Shown here: one piece after another, positions 1 through 14,400 of the stretch | Layout: each line of letters starts with the position of its first letter | Numbering within the stretch: the stretch's first letter is position 1 | Assembly (NCBI GenBank): GCA_964035545.1 | Contig: OZ037766.1 | Location: 10,902,722 to 10,966,721 of the forward strand | Direction of reading: 5' to 3' | DNA: 64,000 nt | From: Bugula neritina | Lineage: Eukaryota; Animalia; Bryozoa | The notes under the pieces: model-generated | Told to the model about the DNA's origin: nothing | The model's input: only the letters and a program-made list of their open reading frames with translations | Database searches by the model: none | Made by a program: the position numbers and the translations under genes

Positions 1-4
1 ATTT

Positions 5-3000
5 TCAACCCAATATCGAAACTTGCCTACATGAGCGTAGTAATAAAAGAAATATAACAAATTGCGGTACTTACTTTATGGTACCGGTTGGAGAGGGGGG
101 TGTAGTAGTACTTGTAAATTTCACAGACGTTTCACTAGTGGGTTTGGTTCTCAAACTAAAATATTAAAAACATACCAGATGACAACTTGCTTGTTATTAT
201 GACAAAAATATTGTTCTAATCATTACTAAGTAAAACATACTGTAAAACACCATTTAAAATTTCTGAAAAAGCTACAATGAGTTGGAATTTGTTTTATGAT
301 CAATTCATAAAAAAAATTACTTTACTTTAAATAATGTATTATTTTAAATACTTTATATAGCACATAATTCTTAAACTATTGAGACATAGTGTCAACCAGT
401 TTACTTTGCCCTGACCTTGTAGATGGTACTGTCGTAGTGAAACAAGGCACACGATTTCCTTTGTCATTGCAACAGAAATTGTTTTCTATTTGGTGTACTT
501 GAAGTGGGTCAGCAGTACATTGGGGAAGATGGCTGAAGACATGCAGTTTGACTCCTGGAGCTGTTATTGTTTTGTTGTAGTCTTCACAGACAGAGTCACC
601 TGGTTCCAACAAGTATGTATATCAAAGTTAATGCTAAGCTTACATTCATTACCTTATTTACTATTCCTAGCATTAAAACAACAAACTCAGCTTGAAAAGT
701 GGAAAACATCCTTTACTTCTAGCCAGCCTCTTATAACTAATTTGCTTATTTTTACTATATATACATATATACAATATATAAAACCAAGAAGCTATTATTA
801 CTCTAAAATTTACAATTTGTTGTTGCAATTGCTTGGGGTTTTGTTATATACGCTTGTGCAATTTCTATAGTATTGTAACTTATTTTTAAAATCATGTTTA
901 ATAGTGCAAGAAAAATAGTTAGAAGTAGGATTTTTTTATTTTGCAATCACCAGTTCAGATTTTATGAAATAGTTGTATAGCACAAGAAGTTACTCCATCC
1001 ACTAACTGAAAAGTCCTAGATCCAAACTCCGAGTTAAGAGACAAAATATGGTAGCTATAAAAATTCAGTTGTTAAATATGTCGTGAATTGTGGCACATAA
1101 TATATAACCTTGACTTTGTGGTTATTTATTTAACATAGGTTTCAGCTTCTTTCTGTTTTAATTGAATGTAACCACTAATTAGAAAAAACTCAACTTCATT
1201 TAAAGTCCCTAATCCTGTAAGAAACTCTGATGGTAGGAGTTTTATGCAGCCTTATAGGGGCAGTGCTGCTCAAACCACTTTAGTTGGGTTTCGGGTAGTT
1301 CAAAGTAGTACAGCAGGAATGATGACTGCACCAATAAATCACTATGAATTCGCACTTATGAACTAGTGTGTAGGCTAAGCCAGTGCTTTAATTACCAATA
1401 TGCACTGAGGCTGTTCTCTGAATGGCCATTTATGAAATACTAAATATAAATAAATTGCTAAACTTGAAAGCAATGTTAAAAGTCTCAGTTTTTTTAAAAT
1501 CAAATACGATATACAACATTTTAATAATATTATATTTAATAATTATGTGCCATGCTTAAACCATACGCTGCATAAAACAATATTATAGCTGCTTATTATG
1601 TGTCATAATAAATAAAATACCTAGAGGCTTCAGCAGCTGGGGTCGCTGACTGGGGTCAAGTTGAAGGTACTTGAGGAAGTCATTCCTTGTGACAATCATA
1701 TCCAAATCGTCACTACTGCTCACCCTTGTAACAACGTCTGCAAATAAATTCATAACTGCTATACCAATTTTGCATCACATCTCTTTTTTTCTGTAAAATT
1801 ATATGTTATTTTGGATAACCAGCTTTAATCTAGTTTTATATAGTAGTATGACTTGTTTGGCAATCGTCTTACATAATCTGACGTAGCAGTATAATACTAA
1901 ATTAAGCATTTTATACTTTAGTCTGATGCAAGAGTGCAACCACAACATGATTTTCCACAAATAAATACATTTTTAGGCAGTTTTAATTTTGAATAATTTG
2001 CCATACAATAAACCCCCACCTCTATATTAGAGGTAAATGTTTATACAATTATTAGATAAAACATAACAAAAAAGCACACTTACAAAGTTGACAAAATTCC
2101 GTACACCTGGCTTCGGCAAACGAGCATGCTGACTTTTTAGATGACAACGGCAAGGTAATAGCATAAGGTAGCTGAGGAATGATAGTTGGAAATGTTTTAG
2201 AGATATGGTAAGAACCTTGCTGTCTAAACCCTAAAGAACAGGTGCATTGAAAAGATGTTGGGGTGGTAGATACTGTGATTGTTGATAAAGTTGATGGTTC
2301 AGTTGTTGGTTTAGTTGTTGGCTGAGTGGTTGGCCTAGTAGTTGGTTTAGTGGTTGGCCTAGTTGTTGGTTTATTAGTTGGCCTAGTAGTTGGTTTAGTG
2401 GTTGGTTTAGTGGTTGGTCTGGTAGTTGGGTGAGTGGTTGGCCTAGTAGTTGGTTTAGTGGTTGGCCTAGTTGTTGGTTTATTAGTTGGCCTAGTAGTTG
2501 GTTTAGTGGTTGATTTAGTGGTTGGTCTGGTAGTTGGTTTAGTGGTTGGTTTAGTTGTTGGCTTAGTTGTTGGTTGAGTGGTTGGCCTAGTAGTTGGTTT
2601 AGTGGTTGGTTTAGTGGTTGGTTTAGTGGTTGGCCTGGTGGTTGGTTTAGTGGTTGGCCTAGTGGTTGGTTTAAAGGTTGGTTTATTAGTTGGCCTAGTA
2701 GTTGGTTTAGTGGTTGGCCTGGTAGTTGGTTTAGTGGTTGGCCTAGTGGTTGGTTTAAAGGTTGGTTTATTAGTTGGCCTAGTAGTTGGTTTAGTGGTTG
2801 GTTGAGTGGTTGGCCTAGTAGTTGGTTTAGTGGTTGGTTTAGTGGTTGGCCTGGTAGTTGGTTTAGTGGTTGGCCTAGTGGTTGGTTTAAAGGTTGGTTT
2901 ATTAGTTGGCCTAGTAGTTGGTTTAGTTGTTGGTTGAGTGGTTGGCCTAGTAGTTGGTTTAGTGGTTGGTTTAGTGGTTGGTTTAGTGGTTGGCCTGGTA

Positions 3001-5177
3001 GTTGGTTTAGTGGTTGGCCTAGTGGTTGGTTTAAAGGTTGGTTTATTAGTTGGCCTAGTAGTTGGTTTAGTGGTTGGTTGAGTGGTTGGCCTGGTAGTTG
3101 GTTTAGTGGTTGGTTTAGTTGTTGGCTTAGTTGTTGGTTGAGTGGTTGGCCTAGTAGTTGGTTTAGTGGTTGGTTGAGTGGTTGGCCTGGTAGTTGGTTT
3201 AGTGGTTGGTTTAGTTGTTGGTTGAGTGGTTGGTTTAATGGTTGGCTTGGTAGTTTGTTCAATGATTGGTGGTGGAAAAGTTTTTGATACAGGTTTAATT
3301 GGCACAGGAAGGGCGCTGAGTTTGGTTGTCAATTCTTCTTGCTGTTCTGTATGCTGCACTGTTGTGGTGGTCAAATTTTCTGTGAAGCCAGTATTATCAG
3401 AGCCAATGGTGGTGGGAATCAATGGCCACTTCAGTTCCTCTTCAGCGTTAATCAGCTCTGCAACATTTCAGGCAAATTTTATAGCATTTTTATTTGTTGT
3501 TGAAATAAATGTGTACCTCCAGCAACACTATCTTTTTTGTTTGCTCACAATAGGATAGCAATAAAAACTATATAGATTGAATGCTTTAAGCTGTATTTAC
3601 AGAATTCAAAATACTAACTAAGAATATTTTTTCATGATGCTTCGCATAAAACAGAACTAGTTATATGACAGAAAATAATATGGTATAAGGACTTGATACT
3701 AAAATTTAATAATATTTCTAAAACTGGAAGATAAAGAGTTGTCTGATGTGCACAACAATAAATAACAGAATTCTTTATAACGAATAATTAGCAAATTTTA
3801 AATTGGTGAAGAAGGATGGCTTGACAAATAATTTTAACAGATAAAGATCTTACAAATGCTGAAAATGAAAAATGATGACTATTGAAGCGGTTTCTATTGA
3901 CTTTAATCTCAAAAAAACATCATTATTTTAAACAGCTTCAAACTTGAACATATCAAATCTTGTCAACAATTCATTTTAATAAGTGGTAAAAGTTAACAAC
4001 TGAAACCCATACATGAAACCAGCAGCCTATATATTTCATTGACGGCCACAAACAATCACCACATCTTCTATTCAAATATTGGTAAAACAGTAACTGCAAG
4101 TGAATTACATACTAGTACTATAGTCAAGAAGTAAATCACTCTGCTGCCATGTATCCTTGCCATTATGTTCAAAACGGAATTTGTATGCAGTGGTGTCACC
4201 ATCAAACGTTAAGGGCACTGGCTGAGCCTCAAATATCTTGTTGCCACAAAAATATGGAGACGATGAAAAAATCGGTTCATTAACACCATTTTTCTGGTGC
4301 CAGATCTGCAGTGTTGTACTACATTCAATAAAATCTATCATCTGCAACATATGTAACAACTTCATCATTAATAAATCATGTAACTTCATCGTGAATACAG
4401 AGTTATAATACAAATTGAAAAGTTGTGTGCTTTATATAATTAAAAAAGTCTAACCGAAATTGGTTCATGGGGAAATTTTATCATTAAACAATTGTAACAA
4501 CTGTGTAAAGTAGGTCTATATAATTATTAGCTTTTAGAAACAAGAATGTGCCTAAAGACTTCTAGGCACATTTTTGTTTAAAAAAATATTTAGCAGATTT
4601 AAATATGTTATACTTTAAGAGTAAAAACATACAATAAGGCGTATATGCAGAGATAGGCCTTTTCCAGCTACCAGTCTAACTTCACAGCTATTAGGGATAG
4701 AACCTGTGACATCGCCATCTGACTGCAGGCTGACAAATCCATTTACTGATGACTCACCAAGAACTACTGTCTCCGCACACTTATCAAGAAGTTTCACTAT
4801 AACGTAGCAACAAATAAGTCTTTCAATAAGTGTAATAAAAATAGAATACATCTTTTCTATAATCTGGATTATATTTTGCTATAAGTAAGGCAGGCAGCTT
4901 GACATATAATACTGGAAATGCTAGTCTATAAAACAGCATATAATATATATTTCTTTCTCACCTTTCTTCGCCATTTTTTGATCAGGTGGCGAAGCATACA
5001 ATATATATAAATTTTGCAATTTGGATTTTATATTTTTGCCGAAGCAGCTCTGTTGAACCTGCAGGTCTGCTTAATATTTGTAATTAAAGTAGTATTATAA
5101 GACTTACCATCAAATGTCTGCAAGGAAGAGCCGGCATTAAAAATACCAAACAGCAAGAGTAACAGTTTAAAAGCCAT
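5..5177 (-). CDS. Secreted mucin-like protein: signal peptide, CUB-like Cys domain, PTT(K/R/Q) repeat, C-terminal Cys-rich domain
   Basis: Phase-consistent exons 5177-5108 (MAFKLLLLLFGIFNAGSSLQTFD), 4796-4633, 4341-4113, 3457-2084 (repeat exon), 1737-1621, 599-416, 155-75, 26-5 (TGA). All GT-AG. The last two exons are less certain. Confidence 0.8.
2300..3250 (-). repeat. Coding 12-bp tandem repeat (GGTTTAGTGGTT variants) encoding PTTK/PTTR/PTTQ/PTNK/PTFK
   Basis: Visible 12-bp periodicity; ORF 2052-3422. The overlapping ORFs in other frames are by-products of the repeat. Confidence 0.95.
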
Positions 5178-7134
5178 TCTTGATCTTAGTTTTTATTAGT
5201 ATTACTTCAATAACCCTGGTGAAAGATGGCAGCTTTTGTCACAGTTTATTACTTATCTGTTTAATTAAGTATGAAGTGGATGCTAGAGAGTATTAGTGCA
5301 GTGTTAGATTCATCTGCAAACTTCAATATCATGAATATCAAAGGTGAAGGTTAATCTGATAAAGGCAGGAAGATAACTTTTGGATTTAAGAGACATTGTG
5401 TCTATGAGGTAGCCAAAAGATATAAATAGAGTGGCTGATGTCACCAGATTGCAATCTTCATATTATGATCAACAGGGTCAATGTCAAGTGATGACAACAG
5501 ATAACATACTAGCAGATATAGTTAAACTTTTGTAAATCCTTTTATACTAAGAATAAAAGTAATGCTTATATTATTTATGAGATCTACTAAAAGAGTACAA
5601 GTTGTCTTCTTTTATTAAACAAGTGAAACCCAGTCTAATATAGTTTTTTGCTAATTAAATAGGAAATGTTTATGTGAACCAACAAGGGATTTGGCTATAA
5701 AAACATGATTAGAGCATTCTTAACCATTTCTATGTTATTGCAAACCTGCCCACACATCTCTGTCCTCTATACAGATGTCTTTATAGTTTAATAGAATATT
5801 TACATGCTGTGAAAACAGGACTCACTTCTGTTGAAAAACATGAGCTGGCACTGTACCTCAACAACGGTGAACTTACTTGACAAAGTTACACTTTATTAGA
5901 AAGATTGCAACTTGTGAGGCTTGCCTCAGCTTTTACTTTTCTTGAGAGATAACTCCAGAAAGCCAAATGTATATATTTTTGTTACATTACTCAGCACAAA
6001 GTGATGCAGAGCAATCACATTTTTGTGAAACGAGTGAAACTTTTCTCCACAAAAATTTTGCAAAACCAGCTGGTGGTTACTGCCCTATAAATATAAAATT
6101 ATTTTGAGCAACCAAAAGACCTCATCCGATTCTTATTCTGCCCTAATCAACAATTGATCAACTTTAAGAGTAGTGCAGTTTGAGCAAGGCTTTAGGAATA
6201 TGGTAAAGATATAGTAAAGTTGGTCTCCTATAGGCCTAGAATATACTTTTACTTTTTTACTATGCAATTATTTGTATATAATGAGAGATCTCAATAACAG
6301 ATCTGTACAATACTTCACACGGGAAGTAACTAAGCCACAAATTCATATAAAGCACAATAATATTACTAGCTGATGGATATAGGTATACAACATTAAACTA
6401 CACATGTGGCATTAATAAGTCAACTAAGAAAATCTAGCCTAAATCTCTCTCTACTCAAGTCTTTCCTTGACGACAAATTATAAAATATGCTTCATTTTGT
6501 AACTTAATTGGGTTCACAGTTGGTTTCAGTTTATCAACAACTAATGAACAGAAGTACCAGCCTGTTTGAAATATAGTGCAGTGTGAAAAAATGAGAAAAT
6601 AATATTAATATATTACATAAATTTTATTTAAATATAGAGACAAATGTTGTTTATGAATGAAATGCTTTCAGAGTCAATAAGAATCAATATTTATAACCTT
6701 TTTATTAAATTAAACCATGGCAAGCTGGCAAACTTTGCAAACATACATAAATTTACATATGGCCATTAAAAAGATTAAATCACAACCAACTTCCACAATA
6801 TCTTCAAAACCAAACTAACATCTCTAGACTCTGGTAAGAGAAGAGGTTTTGTATATCAGAATGTACCAGTAAATTAGTAAAGAGTTCATTAAATACTGTT
6901 CTAATAACAAAGTTGTCTTCCCTAGAAAACAGCAAGTGTTTCACTCCCACATGCTCATTTATATTGCCTACGTGGATGCGACTACTTATTAAACATAGTG
7001 ATATACGTATATTACCTAGATTACAGTAGTAAGCATACGTTTACAACCGCACAAATACATAAATACTTGAATGTTAAATGATTACAAAAATAATGTCATT
7101 TGCCACAATTTTTATATAAATAAAATTCAATTCA

Positions 7135-8224
7135 CTAGTCCTTCTTTTTATCAGCAACGTCAGCTGTATGTCCATTCAACTTCACATCTTGAGTAACACC
7201 ATTTTCATGTGGATTTTCATCACCCTGGAGAATAGAACATATACTCAATAGCAATTTAAAGAATAGTGTGAGCAACTGTTAACAAGCATTACAATAACCA
7301 ACTTTCAATAAATCTTATTCAGTTGTCAGAAATAATATAAATGATAAAACTCTTTAGAAGTGTACATACTCTTGAAACACTAACACGGTTTCACAATATA
7401 TGATATTAGCGACGTAAAAACTTACAATAATGTAACTATGTTATTACATAACTGGCCGAAGCTATTTGTTTTTTTTTAAAAATCATCTTGTACCTAACAT
7501 CAAACTTGCAGAATTTTATAATATTTTCATAACTCGGCTCAACAGCCAGCCATGATCACCTATATTATGTGTTTGTAAAACAATAATTTGATCAAACTAT
7601 ATCATCTTCCAAATAACCTTATTTCATCTAAAAAATATAAAACCCCATCAAATGTTGAAAAAACGTTATTGGTAGTTTACCATAGCAGTAACTATAGAAC
7701 AAAAATAGCATAAGAAAAAACCTGACAAAGAGGCTGCGTGACTACTTGGCATACCTGCTAAGTGAAACCGACAGCAGTTGTCATGAGTAGGCAACTTACA
7801 TTCTATTCAATTATCGTGGTTACTAAGTTAGATCTAATGCAAAATATTTAAGATAAGAGCCTTTACCAACTGTATGAACAAATGATAATCCCACAGTGGA
7901 TATGAAAACATGTAAGCATAAGCTAAATGTTGCTAGCATTAAACCTATCATGTCTAAAATTGTTTAATCAATTTTGATTATTCACAAGAAAATCAGGTAG
8001 GATAAACAACAAACATTAGATACCTTTGATGTACTAAATGGACATTTTAAGCCAGCAGTAGAAGAATCCTGTGCCGATTGAGATGTATTTTCGTCAGATT
8101 TTGTAACAGCCGGGGTTGGAGTAGTTCTGAAGTATTTGTCTATTATAGGCATCACAAATGGGCGAATCCAGGAGTGCCACACGTAGAGTAAGGCAGGGAT
8201 AACAATGCAAGATATACAAACCAT
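7135..8224 (-). CDS. C18orf32: UPF0729 protein C18orf32 homolog (~96 aa)
   Basis: Exons 8224-8024 (MVCISCIVIPALLYVWHSWIRPF...) and 7224-7135 (...ADKKKD*). The N-terminal MVCIxCIVIP and C-terminal KKKD match the family. Non-coding first exon with GTAAGT donor near 8883. Confidence 0.9.
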
Positions 8225-8883
8225 ATTGGTAACTTACAGGTAGTCTGGGAGAAAGCTAAAAATACAGTAAATATTATAGATGGATATGTATACTTGCTAA
8301 GTTAAGAAATTTTTATAAATTAGTTTAAGCAAAATAACCGCTGTAAACGTAGTAAATGAACATGATCTAGATATTAAATCAAAACTGTTCAAAGGATTGT
8401 CTTAATAAATATTCAACACTAGTATAAAATTCACTGCCTATAGGCCTACATGAAATCGAAATACATGGTGTTTACATGCAGTAGAGCAATTTTTTTGTGG
8501 CAACAAATAAAAAGTCTGTATCAGTATTCAAAAATTGAAAAACCCACATGAAAAAGCATTTCTAATTACTGTTTGATTTAAAGCCCATTTAGAGAAGGTT
8601 GCAAATTTCATTGCTATCTCTTTAACCATTGATTGCAAAAACTTCCAATGACAAATAGAAAAACAATGAAAACAATTTCACTATTAGTATTACTATTACT
8701 ATTACTATTAGTATTACTATTAGTATTACTATTAGTAATACTGTAAGTGTATTAGTATTAGATTTATCATTTAGTATTTAAATTACATTTACAATTACTC
8801 TACTGATTAAATTTACTTTTACTTTCAATCATTACTCATTTTCATTTTAGAAAAAAAAACTAATGTAGCTGTAAACAACTTAC

Positions 8884-9313
8884 TTGAATTTTCAGTGTAA
8901 CTACGTCTACTAACTATGAAGTATGAGTCAGAGTAAGTATCACAAGAGGATATCTGAATAATTCTCTTGATAAAATTTACAAAAAAAACTAGCAGCTGTT
9001 GTAACAAAGACGGATATACAGATAATCACAAAATGTAATAAAAATTATCGGAGTCATCCAAGAGTGAGTCGAAAACTTAGGGGGAAAAATACAAGATTAC
9101 TCAAAACAATTTAATGGAATCATTATACACAAACGGTAATACTATCGTCCTTTATAGTTATAATGCTGATCTATTTATGAATGGTAGTATATGAGCTAAA
9201 AAGAAAACCTAGAAAGTAACGTTAGTATAGTGTCGCTTTCACTTTCGAGCGAAGCTTGCAGCTTCTCACCATGAAAAACTACAAGAGTCAACTAAGCCCA
9301 CTATTACTATAAG
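8884..9313. promoter_or_regulatory. Bidirectional promoter and non-coding first exons of C18orf32 and MBOAT
   Basis: Head-to-head genes; donors at ~8883 (-) and 9314 (+); locally more CpG. Confidence 0.55.
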
Positions 9314-11468
9314 GTAATTTCACTAATTGCTCGGGGCTTTATTTTTTACATTTTTTTTGTAAAATTAATTTAAATTAAAGTTTTAAGTTTTTAGTTTATT
9401 ATTTTTGTTGGCTTACAGTTGGTGTTACTCCTACTCCTAGCGCTTTTGCTTTGCTGTAACAGTGTAAGACTAAGACTAAGAGTGTAACTGTAAGACTAAG
9501 AGTAAGAGTAACTCAAACTCAAACTGTAAGACTAAAATTAACAGTAACAGTAACTCAAAGTCAAACAGTAGCATTCACTCAATCATTCAGTATCACACTA
9601 TAAGTATAGCTGTCAGTGTTAGTAACAGTTACACTTACTCTTAGTGACTTACAGTTACAGTAAGTGTAATCTAATTCTAAGTCTAAGTCTAAATCAGTAA
9701 GTGTAGCACTAACTGTAAGTGTAAGTGTAAGGGTAAAACTAAGATTATGTCAAATTATATCATTATTACTTCATACTTCAACTTGTTTTATGGATTTGTT
9801 GATAGTATCATACATAGTCAATGTCATTGTGGCAGTGTTTTGTATATTCAATATTGTGAGATTATATTTATAATATGCTATATTCATATTAGAAGATAAA
9901 ATTATCCAAAATTAAAATACTGTTGAATTTAAAATTAATATTTTACATTGCAGTTTGCACAGCATGAACATAACCATAGTGATACTGATAGTGGTAGTTC
10001 ATAGACCCACAGTTACAATGATAACGCACTCAAAGATTCATAGAGCACCTACTGACCTTGCATTTGCCCTTTTGGTTTTATACCATAGAATTTATTTTTA
10101 AAACAGGAATTTGCATGTAGATTGACTTAGCACATTTACAGCTGTCAAATGCTGATGGTGAAAAAATGCGGTAAATGAAAGAAACTTAAAGTTTATAATA
10201 TTATTGTGAATTAATTTTGAAGAGAAAGTTGAATGATTACGTATGGTTACTGTCTTTGAAATTCTTAAAGTTAATCATTAAATTAGCTAGGGTTTTAATA
10301 AAATCCCAGCTGTAATTGAACCTGATGCAAAATTTTAAATTGCAAATTTCTTTTAATAGTTGTTGGGAATATTTTTTAACAGAAAATTGTTTGTCTCAGT
10401 GTCTTTATTGTGATATCCAAACCTAGTAGGACTAGGGAAGTTTTTTGTGTACAGAAGATAGAATTTGATAATTTGCTTTTAGTTCCATTGTTGTTTTTAA
10501 ATTCTTGCCACTTTCTCTTTGGCTTTATTGCACCATCTCATGGGTGACCACTGGCTTTCATGGACAGCTTGTTTAGATTGCATCATAACAATCTTATCTA
10601 TTTTAATTAATCTTTGAATGGAATAATTCAAATAGCTAGCTATTATTTTTTTTAGTTTATGTAACATATTTTATTAACCAGGTAGATTTTTTAAAATTTA
10701 GATTCTTATATTCTCATGTCTTTGAAAATTAGATAATTTGTTTGCACCCTCAGAAGACTCACTTGCAGTAGATAAATTATAATTGTTAGAGACAAGCTGT
10801 TTGTCAGCTAATCAAAGCCTTCACTTCTACTCCGGTCTTTTTAACAAAAAAAATCATACACTAGAAACTAGCTTTTATACAAATGAGTAGAGGGTTCAAA
10901 TCTATCAACTTACTGAGAATATAAAATTAGCTGCAATAAAAGTAGCTAATTCTTGCAGGTAATTAGATGTTATTACTCTCAGGTGAAGATCTCATTATCT
11001 TATATAGCTACATATTCTAAAACCTGGAGCATGAGTGAAGTTATAAGGGCATACTGTAAAGACTGTTGGAATAACATAAAAATAGATCATAGTTTATCCG
11101 TTGTTATTGAACTTACAGTTATACTGTAGTTGCTTTCTACCACAATCTAACATATATATGAAACATAAGCTATAAGCAACTCTTCTAATTTAGCTTTATA
11201 TACTATACTTAAAAGGTAGGTATGCCGTATACACCTCGCCATTGTTACCCTAAAGTCAAAAGGATGCATTTTAAAAATTGAAATATTTTAGCTACTGAGT
11301 AAAATATCAGAACATTTACATGTGTTAGATCGCACCTGTTTTGTTTTCACCGCTGTTCTATTTTGATTGTAGAAAAAAGTTATTAGTTGAGCTACTGTGG
11401 CTGACACTGGTAGTTGTATTAGTCAAGCTGAATGGCATTATATTTGAGTAGTAGTAGTTGGTCTGAAG

Positions 11469-14400
11469 ATGTTGTCCATACTACAGGGTATTCCATCAGA
11501 TCAGGTAGGTAAAGAGCATGTGTATACTAAGCTACATAGATGTAATAATCAGTGTAAACATTTCTTTTATTCAATCCATAGCCATAACACCAAACAAAAC
11601 CAGAAGTTGAGACAATGATACCATACATTATTTGCTTGATATGCAGGCAGTGATAAAACACCCGCACATGATGACTCATCAAACCTTATCATTATTCCCT
11701 TATATATTATAGTTTCAATTTAATTGTCAGCTATTAAAATATATTAGTTATATATGCCATTCACCTATCCAGCCTGTTGCTAGAATATTCTACTCCCAAA
11801 ATAACAGGAGAAATGAATTGTTATCTATTTCTCACAGTGATAATTTGCCTGAGTAAATGTGTGTTACACAGGCTAAATAAAGTTTGATATCAACACACTA
11901 TCTGTCTCTGTATTGTAGCTCACAGCTATGGGCTGTCAGCTGTTAACTTTGATGGCAGGGGTGCTCTTTTATCATGTCTTCCACACCAAATATAGCAGCA
12001 CAAATACTCGTCATCTAATCTCATTGACAATTGGCCTGACAATCGCTATATTATGTTATAAAACGTAAGTGTAGACTAACTAGACTTTATCTGTGTGCAT
12101 AAACTGGGCTATTGGGAATAAGTAAGTAGGAAAATGCAGTTTGCAAACGTTTAAATTCAAAGAGACAATGAGTACACTTCAAGCTACACAACACCTCGTT
12201 TCTGAGGAAGATGCAGTAATGGAGAAGTTGAGGAAAGCCTGTGTTCTAGATTAGAAATGTAGCAAAGGAAGTTATGTTCTCGAGAGAATTTCAACTGAAC
12301 TCACATTTAATAAGAAAATTAGAGAACTTAGGCTATCTCAATTTTTCCACTCCTGCTCCTAAATGTCATTTATTGTGTAATAATTAGTGTACATGTTTAT
12401 TATTATAAATCCACTGGTTTCTTGCCTGAACTTGCATTTTTCTCCTGTATTTTTTTATCTTGAATCAAGAGTTGATGAAGTCTAGGCATAGCATCTACTA
12501 AATACAGTTTGAGAGTATCTCGGTTACTAAAAGTCAAATCAGTTCTACTAACTCAGTCTGTAGTCTTTAACCTTTGTTATTAATAAATTATCCAAACATT
12601 CTGCAGCTCCATATTCATGATGATTTAGATTGAGTATGTGTAGCTAGTATTATTAAATCAGAGATAAAGTCAAAGGTTAAAATGCTATCAGCTGTTGTGA
12701 CACATTGTTCTATTTCAGATTTTGAATTAATTGTTAATGCTTTAAGTTGTACATATGTCAGTTTTCTCTTAGAATTTTCCCCTTAAAACATTTGGTAATT
12801 TTATCTTAACTCTGCTGCAAGAGTTATGCAGGCCCAGGCTCATATAATTGGCCGGATTTTAATAAATGCAAACAAGTTGTAATAGCTTGGGCTTTGTAAA
12901 TATACAAAAGCCAATTGTCTCAGTGCACGCAAGGTTTTGTGTAAAATTACGCTTATTCAAATATTTGACTTTACAAGTTTTTTAAAATACACCCAATGGA
13001 CTAGTTAAGATAGAGTGTTAATTAACAATTTGGCTGCGTTTGGTTAGTAGCAATCAGTTGCTCTGTTTAGGCCACTGTTAACTGCCCCAACACTGTTTGT
13101 TGGTGAAGGAGGAGTGATATCATAGCCAACAATATATATGAAGTTGTATAACGCAGTGAAATCAAATATTTATGAAAGTACCAGTGTTTTTTCTAGAAAA
13201 TTGGTTTGTTGAAGTTCAACTTCATTACATGTAAATAAACAAAGCTCATTTGGTTAATATCCATTTTACCCCTGGGAGTAGTTATTACTGCTACTTATTA
13301 GATTTCTAGTAGTGTAAGAAACCACAAACATTCAAATACCCTGTACCTGAGTATTATAACGTACAGTTGTAGCTTTGTTGCCTGGCAACACAAGTTCTCA
13401 ATGACCAATTTATATTATAGACTAATATAAACAGTGAAGCTGTTAATTTATTGATGAGTTATTCTGCATTTTCTGCAGCTGGTAGTAGTATGAAGTTGTT
13501 TATTGTTCATTTGCAGAAGCTTTATTCATCTGTTGGTGTTATGTATACTAAGCTACACAGTCCTGCTGTACGTTCCTGTGGGATTCCGTGGATGGTAAGG
13601 CAACTCCAATTATTGCCCACTTACTAAAAAGTTTAATATCTAAAATCTATGTTCTCAATTCTGAAACTGTTGCTCTTCAAATAACTATTGTTATTCACAG
13701 TTATAAGGAATAGTTTATCTTAGACACAATGTTTTGGGTTGTAATCTGTTGTTATTGTCATTTGATGTGTGGATTTTAGACTTTTACCTTTCTGCCATCA
13801 TTTGCTTCTTTATTTATAGGCTAACATTTGCATTGTGTTTTGGACACGTGCTTTTGGTACATTTAGATAGCTATGTCAACCACTACATGGAATTTCGGGT
13901 GGAAATCAGCAAGTAACTATTATATAATCTCCTTTCTTACTTCTTACCTCGGCTGCAAATTGCTCTGTTTCTGGGTTTTTATGGTCAATAAAGCCGGTTC
14001 CCTGAACAGTTCAAGCTATTAAATACAGCAAGTTTTTAGTTATGAGTTGTATATTGCAAGTTCCAAGAGTTAGCCTAGCATTTGGATATATCAGAAAATT
14101 TGCCATCTGGTTACACAGCCCTAACAATAATGGGTTGTTTACTGTAAAGTAGGGTTTCAGCATACCGACTGATGACTTTAACTTACATGTACATTTAAAA
14201 CCGGCCATTCACTGTACAACTACAGCTGTATTTTTCTAGCTACCTGTTTGAAACTTGGAATCTCCTATCTTACCACTTGCCCCATTACCTCTGTCATGGG
14301 TCTCTGAAATTTCAGATGACCTTTGAAAGTGGTCAAAGTGAAGTTAATAGTTGGTTATCATGAAAGACTTGGCCATTTCCAGTCTTTTCAGACTTTCTCA

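Noticed and set aside
2231-3287. Alternative-frame ORFs (QPLN-, SGWF-, VVGL-repeats)
   Set aside because: Shadows of the 12-bp mucin repeat; only the PTT frame splices into a signal-peptide gene.
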